Source: Desulfobacterales bacterium (GTDB lineage: Bacteria > Desulfobacterota > Desulfobacteria > Desulfobacterales > UBA5852). From it: a stretch of 64,000 nt of DNA. The stretch is taken from the NCBI GenBank assembly GCA_963674755.2, contig CAXXVS010000002.1:1632001-1696000 (forward strand), given 5' to 3'. This document shows, in pieces, positions 59,653-64,000 of this stretch. Numbering within the stretch: position 1 is the stretch's first letter; each line of letters begins with the position of its first letter. The notes under the pieces were generated by a model. It saw nothing but the letters and a program-made list of their open reading frames with translations, did not search any database and was not told where the DNA came from. Position numbers and translations under genes: made by a program.

Positions 59653-59870
59653 GGACGATTGAAACCGTTTCCTATCATGTTCAATTTCCGCCATGAGCGA
59701 TGACATGGTCAGGATCATCCTGCCCTCCAGCCGGTCATTGGCATATCCCGGATACTCAGCGTCTGTCCGTCATGGTTCCGATAGTCGGTCGAGGCGCGAT
59801 TTAAATTACCAATTAAGAAAAACTAGTGGGAAAAGTGACGGTAAAAGTTGTTTCGTTATAAAGATGTTGG

Positions 59871-61094
59871 TCAAAATTCGACGTAAACCTTATTTTGCAT
59901 GTCGGGTTCTATGGTTTCAAAATCGATAAAAAGATGTGTTGAACAGATATCCGTGGCAGCGACATAGGCGGTGGCGGTCCCGTTGGCTTCGATCCATTTT
60001 ATCCGTGGTCGTCCCCGAAGCCTCAGGGCAACTGTCAGTCCGCCTTGAATTGGTTCCCCGCCGTAAAAGGCGAACCCAAGGTCGAGAGAATGATCGTTTT
60101 CCATTTTTCGGTAGGGTGCGATGCTGCCGAAAATATGGCGCTGTTCCCAGATTTCCCGCCTTGAAGCGCGTCGTATCGCCGAAGTTTCTCCCCGAGGGCG
60201 TATGGAGGCTTGAAAATCACCTATTATAATCCGGTTGGGATAACCCGGGTAGTATTCCCACGGAAAGACGGCGTTGCCGGTTTCAAGAAGGGCGGCAATG
60301 GCTGCAACTCCGCTTTCAGCCGCTTCTTGGGGACTGAGGACAAAATGATTGACTTCGATGCCGAAGGTCAGGGAATGGAACGCATCGTAGAAAATCTGGT
60401 TGACATGGTTGTTGAAAGCCCCTTCGGCAAGCGTTGCCGCTTTATTTTTCAGGCTTCGGTAGAATTCGATGGTATGCAGGAGGAAAGGATAGCCTTTTTG
60501 GGCTGCTCCCTGGACCATTTTGTCTGCCAATGTATGCAAAATATACGGATCTTCCCCGGATCGCGCTGTCTCATCAATGATGACAGCCTCCAACCCTCCC
60601 CAGTTGTAACCGTATTTTTCCTTTCCAACGCTGTGAACGTCCAGGACTAAATCCGGGATGATGGATAGGCCGAATTTGACGACGGATTCTTTTTCGAGAG
60701 CAGAGAGCCGATTCTTGGGAAGCCCAAAGGTTTTAGCTGCGCAACCATCCGGATTGGCGACCGGCACCACAATGACCTGCTGATTTATCAGGACGTCCCT
60801 TGCTTCCGGTGCAGCCAGCCATTCGAGGAGGTGCAGGCCGACAGTGCGGGTGCCGAGTTCATCCCCGTGTCGGCCTATGACGATCAGAACGATCTCCTTG
60901 TTTTGATCTGGATGGGCGGCGCTTGTGACAAGGACTGCTCGGATTTCTTTGCCTTCCTCGGTGTGGCCAATGGTTTCAATCCGAGCGATATCGCTGTTTT
61001 TTTGAGCAAACCGCTCCACCCGATCCCGGATTTCCTGCCATGTTGGAATCGAAACGGGTGACCGTCTATGAAGTAAAGAGTTGCCGGACGTCAT
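59871..61094 (-). CDS. M14 family zinc carboxypeptidase-like protein (start uncertain)
   Basis: IGHTEEGK, HGDE zinc motif, PVANPDG, LDVHS. Confidence 0.8.
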   Translation of the reverse strand: MTSGNSLLHRRSPVSIPTWQEIRDRVERFAQKNSDIARIETIGHTEEGKEIRAVLVTSAAHPDQNKEIVLIVIGRHGDELGTRTVGLHLLEWLAAPEARDVLINQQVIVVPVANPDGCAAKTFGLPKNRLSALEKESVVKFGLSIIPDLVLDVHSVGKEKYGYNWGGLEAVIIDETARSGEDPYILHTLADKMVQGAAQKGYPFLLHTIEFYRSLKNKAATLAEGAFNNHVNQIFYDAFHSLTFGIEVNHFVLSPQEAAESGVAAIAALLETGNAVFPWEYYPGYPNRIIIGDFQASIRPRGETSAIRRASRREIWEQRHIFGSIAPYRKMENDHSLDLGFAFYGGEPIQGGLTVALRLRGRPRIKWIEANGTATAYVAATDICSTHLFIDFETIEPDMQNKVYVEF

Positions 61095-62634
61095 TCGTTA
61101 AGACCTTACCCATTCGGTTTTTGGGGATTTCTTCGACAAATTTGACATCTTTCGGGATTTTCCAGGCATGGATATGCTCTCGGCAGTGATGCCGTATTTC
61201 GGAGGCATCAAGTTTCGCACCGGGGCGGCATTTGATGGCGGCAACCACTTTTTCACCCCATTTTTCGTCCGGAAGGCCGACCACGGACGATTCAAGGACA
61301 GCCTCTATCTGGTTGATAACAGTCTCGACTTCTTTGGGCGATATATTCTCGCCTCCGGAAATGATTATGTTTTTGATGCGATCCGTCAGATAGTAATATC
61401 CGTCTTGGTCCACATAGCCAAGATCGCCGGTTTTGAACCAGCTGTCTTCAAATGCCTTGGCGGTCTCCTGGGGTTTTTCCCAATATCCGGGCGTTATGCC
61501 GGGGCCTTTAAGCCAGATTTCCCCGATTTCACCGGATTCGAGTGTGCCGCCGGTTTCCGGAGAGACAATTTTTACGGCAAGTTTCGGCAGGGGCCGTCCA
61601 ATTGACCCTGGTTTTCTGGGGCCATCCAGGGGGTTGGAAAAGTTCATGCCGGTTTCTGACATTCCTTCCCGTTCTACCGGCGCCTTTCCGAAAACCGTTT
61701 TGATCCTCTCGAAGTCTTTTGAAAGAAGCGGAGCCGATCCCGAGGTCCACAACCGAATGTGCTCAAAATCCGGTGTTTTATCTCCAACAGCCTCCAACAT
61801 TTTGACGTACATGGAAGGAACGGCCATGAAAACGGTGCACGCGACGTTCACGTCCTTTCGGGCCAGCGTGTCCAGCACCTGCAAGGGCGTGAACCGATCG
61901 AGCATGACGATTTCTGCCCCGGCCATCAGGGCTGTATGGGTTGCAAAACCGAGGCCGTGGACATGAAACAGTGGAAGTGCATGACAGATGCGATCTGAAC
62001 CGTTGATTTGCCATATATCGATGATGTTTTGGGCGTCATGGACAAGGTTTCCCTGGGTCAGAACTGCACCTTTGGGCTGTCCGGTCGTGCCGGATGTATA
62101 GATGATCGTGGCGGGATCTTCCGGCAGGATATCGACAGGCCGACTTTTGTCACTGAAGGGCCGAAAAAAATCAAGCTTGGCATAGGGTTGATCGGTGTCC
62201 AGAATCTGGTGGTTGAGTTTCGGATTCACAGCGTTGAGGATCTCGGCCTGAGTGACACCGGCGATTATCAGAGACGGGCGCGTGTCCTCTGTCAGATAGG
62301 CCATTTCAGCTTTCAAGAAACCCGGATTTACCGGAACCGAAACAGCACCGATCCGAAGCAGGGACAGATGGGCGATTAAAAAGATGACGGATTTCGGAAG
62401 AAAGAGGATCACCCGATCCCCTTTGCGGATTCCGGCATTCGAAAAATAGCAGGCCATTCGGTTGGTGTCCGCGTCGAGAATTGCGTAGGTTAATTCTGTT
62501 TCAATGCGGCCATCGCGCAAAAAACGCAAAGCTGTTTTATGGGCATTCGACGAAAAACTTGCATCAAAGCAGCCTGTGATACAATCTGTCCCAATTATCG
62601 AAGCCGTCGTTGTTTCCATTTCCTCATTATCCAT
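61066..62634 (-). CDS. Acyl-CoA synthetase (adenylate-forming, malonyl-CoA synthetase-like); start uncertain
   Basis: YTSGTTGQPKG, LPLFHVHGL, EREGMSET, IISGGENISP. Confidence 0.9.
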   Translation of the reverse strand: MDNEEMETTTASIIGTDCITGCFDASFSSNAHKTALRFLRDGRIETELTYAILDADTNRMACYFSNAGIRKGDRVILFLPKSVIFLIAHLSLLRIGAVSVPVNPGFLKAEMAYLTEDTRPSLIIAGVTQAEILNAVNPKLNHQILDTDQPYAKLDFFRPFSDKSRPVDILPEDPATIIYTSGTTGQPKGAVLTQGNLVHDAQNIIDIWQINGSDRICHALPLFHVHGLGFATHTALMAGAEIVMLDRFTPLQVLDTLARKDVNVACTVFMAVPSMYVKMLEAVGDKTPDFEHIRLWTSGSAPLLSKDFERIKTVFGKAPVEREGMSETGMNFSNPLDGPRKPGSIGRPLPKLAVKIVSPETGGTLESGEIGEIWLKGPGITPGYWEKPQETAKAFEDSWFKTGDLGYVDQDGYYYLTDRIKNIIISGGENISPKEVETVINQIEAVLESSVVGLPDEKWGEKVVAAIKCRPGAKLDASEIRHHCREHIHAWKIPKDVKFVEEIPKNRMGKVLTNDVRQLFTS

Positions 62635-63505
62635 CAGCCGTTTCATTGTCATCCAGAACATACATGCTTCCGGAGTTGTTAACGAAAAAGTCGCCGCCGA
62701 ATTCTTGGGCCAGTTTCATTGAGGCGTCGAATCCTGTGCAGTGAGATGCGCCTATTTTCCGAATTCCTATTTCGCGCAGTGCTGCAATTGCCTTTTTTTT
62801 CTGTTCTTCGGTTTTTGGGAAGAGGTGCGTCCCCCCAACGATCGTGTGTACGCTCTGCTCACCCGTGATGTGCTGGGCATGGCGGATCGAATTGATCATT
62901 CCCCGATGAGCGCAGCCGAGAACGATCACAAGCCCTTCCCGGCTGCGAATGATTAAGGCCTGGTCATCAAGGATCGGATCGGGTTGGAACGCCCCGTTTT
63001 TGAGGATGTGAAATATCGGTTCTATTGATTCGAAATCGGTGACCATCGGGATTTCGCCTGTTGTCCAGATGTTTTCCGAAAGCTGGACAGGCTCCCGACT
63101 GAGCTGAAAATGAGCCCCGAGTTGCTCGAGTTGTTTTTTTTCATAGGGGATGCTGATATCGGCGGCGGTGTCTTCGTATGGCCGCCGTGTGTATTTCTCC
63201 TCCCAGATGGCCGGATGGGCGATAACCCGGGTTTCCCCAATTCGCCTGAGCATGGGCGCCAATCCGCCCGTGTGGTCGGCGTGGGCATGGCTGAGAACGA
63301 TGGGGGTACCCGACGGGATTTTAATGCCAAGCCGATCCGCATTGCGGAGCGTGATATCGCTGGCACCGGTGTCAAAAAGGATGGTGCGACCATCGGCCTC
63401 AACGAAAATGCTTAGCCCCCACTCGGCTGCAAATCCTGGCTTGCCTGCCGAGTTTTCACATAATGTCGCCAGTCGAATCTTCAAATCACCAAGCTCCCTT
63501 CGCAT
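62627..63505 (-). CDS. MBL-fold metallo-hydrolase
   Basis: ILFDTG, SHAHADHTGG, GCAHRG, GGTH, HCTG. Confidence 0.9.
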   Translation of the reverse strand: MRRELGDLKIRLATLCENSAGKPGFAAEWGLSIFVEADGRTILFDTGASDITLRNADRLGIKIPSGTPIVLSHAHADHTGGLAPMLRRIGETRVIAHPAIWEEKYTRRPYEDTAADISIPYEKKQLEQLGAHFQLSREPVQLSENIWTTGEIPMVTDFESIEPIFHILKNGAFQPDPILDDQALIIRSREGLVIVLGCAHRGMINSIRHAQHITGEQSVHTIVGGTHLFPKTEEQKKKAIAALREIGIRKIGASHCTGFDASMKLAQEFGGDFFVNNSGSMYVLDDNETADG

Positions 63506-63519
63506 CTTGTGGCGCGGTG

Positions 63520-64000
63520 TTAGCTGACCTTCATATCAGCGATGCTGGTGCCGCTTCCCCAATCGATATCTTCGAGATTGATCCGGGGAAGCTCCGTTGG
63601 CCGTTTGCCAAGGAATGGGATATTCGGCGTAAAATGGTGGCTCAGGATGCCGACGCCCACCAAGGCAATGCCAATCACATCGGTCAGCAAGGTGGAACTG
63701 AGAAGAAACAACCCGCCGACAATGAAGAGTAGCCGTTCCGACGGTGATGTCGGTTTCAGAAAGTATCCGAATACGCCGGCTTCGATGAAAAACATGGCGA
63801 TGATGACGGTGATCACGACCCAGAGGGTGCCGAGGACCGTTCCGCCCTGCATCAGGATTGCGGGTTGGTAAATGAAGAAATAAGGGATGATGTATCCACC
63901 GAGACTCAACCCCATCGAGATCATGGCAATGCGGACCCAGGATCCGCCTGAAATGGCCCGGGCGGTGAAGACAGCTACACAAACGGGGGGCGTGATCCCT
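63520..64000 (-). CDS. TRAP transporter fused permease (C-terminal part, truncated by window)
   Basis: GITPPVCVAVFTARAISG and IIPYFFIYQP motifs. Confidence 0.8.
   Translation of the reverse strand, partial: GITPPVCVAVFTARAISGGSWVRIAMISMGLSLGGYIIPYFFIYQPAILMQGGTVLGTLWVVITVIIAMFFIEAGVFGYFLKPTSPSERLLFIVGGLFLLSSTLLTDVIGIALVGVGILSHHFTPNIPFLGKRPTELPRINLEDIDWGSGTSIADMKVS

Overview
GC-rich bacterial chromosomal window. The gene families and intergenic palindromes suggest an anaerobic deltaproteobacterium (Desulfobacterales-like; inference). Most of it is metabolic and regulatory: acyl-CoA dehydrogenase, RND efflux, ArgP/ArgO, two sigma54-driven loci, a polyamine-type ABC transporter with a gamma-glutamylation cluster, tyrA, and a TRAP/acyl-CoA synthetase cluster. 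The standout is an accessory block at about 12.1-22.5 kb, possibly reaching 27 kb. It holds an intact Y1/HUH (RAYT-like) transposase bounded by perfect 17-bp terminal inverted repeats (GGGGACGTTGTTGACAA), followed by five further one-ended copies of these ends plus related GTCCC ends. These ends bracket cargo blocks (Trk/Ktr K+ uptake; SDR-SDR-aminotransferase-TetR; an AT-rich orphan gene) and abut truncated genes through a recurring GTCCC(C/T)-N5-(partial TCCCC) junction, so the block looks like an HUH-driven gene-capture array. Also present: six copies of a 170-200-bp structured intergenic repeat with compensatory changes, secreted proteins sharing a C-terminal AMPWIPLLLV motif, and two broken genes. 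All calls come from reading the sequence; no searches were run, so novelty is unverified.
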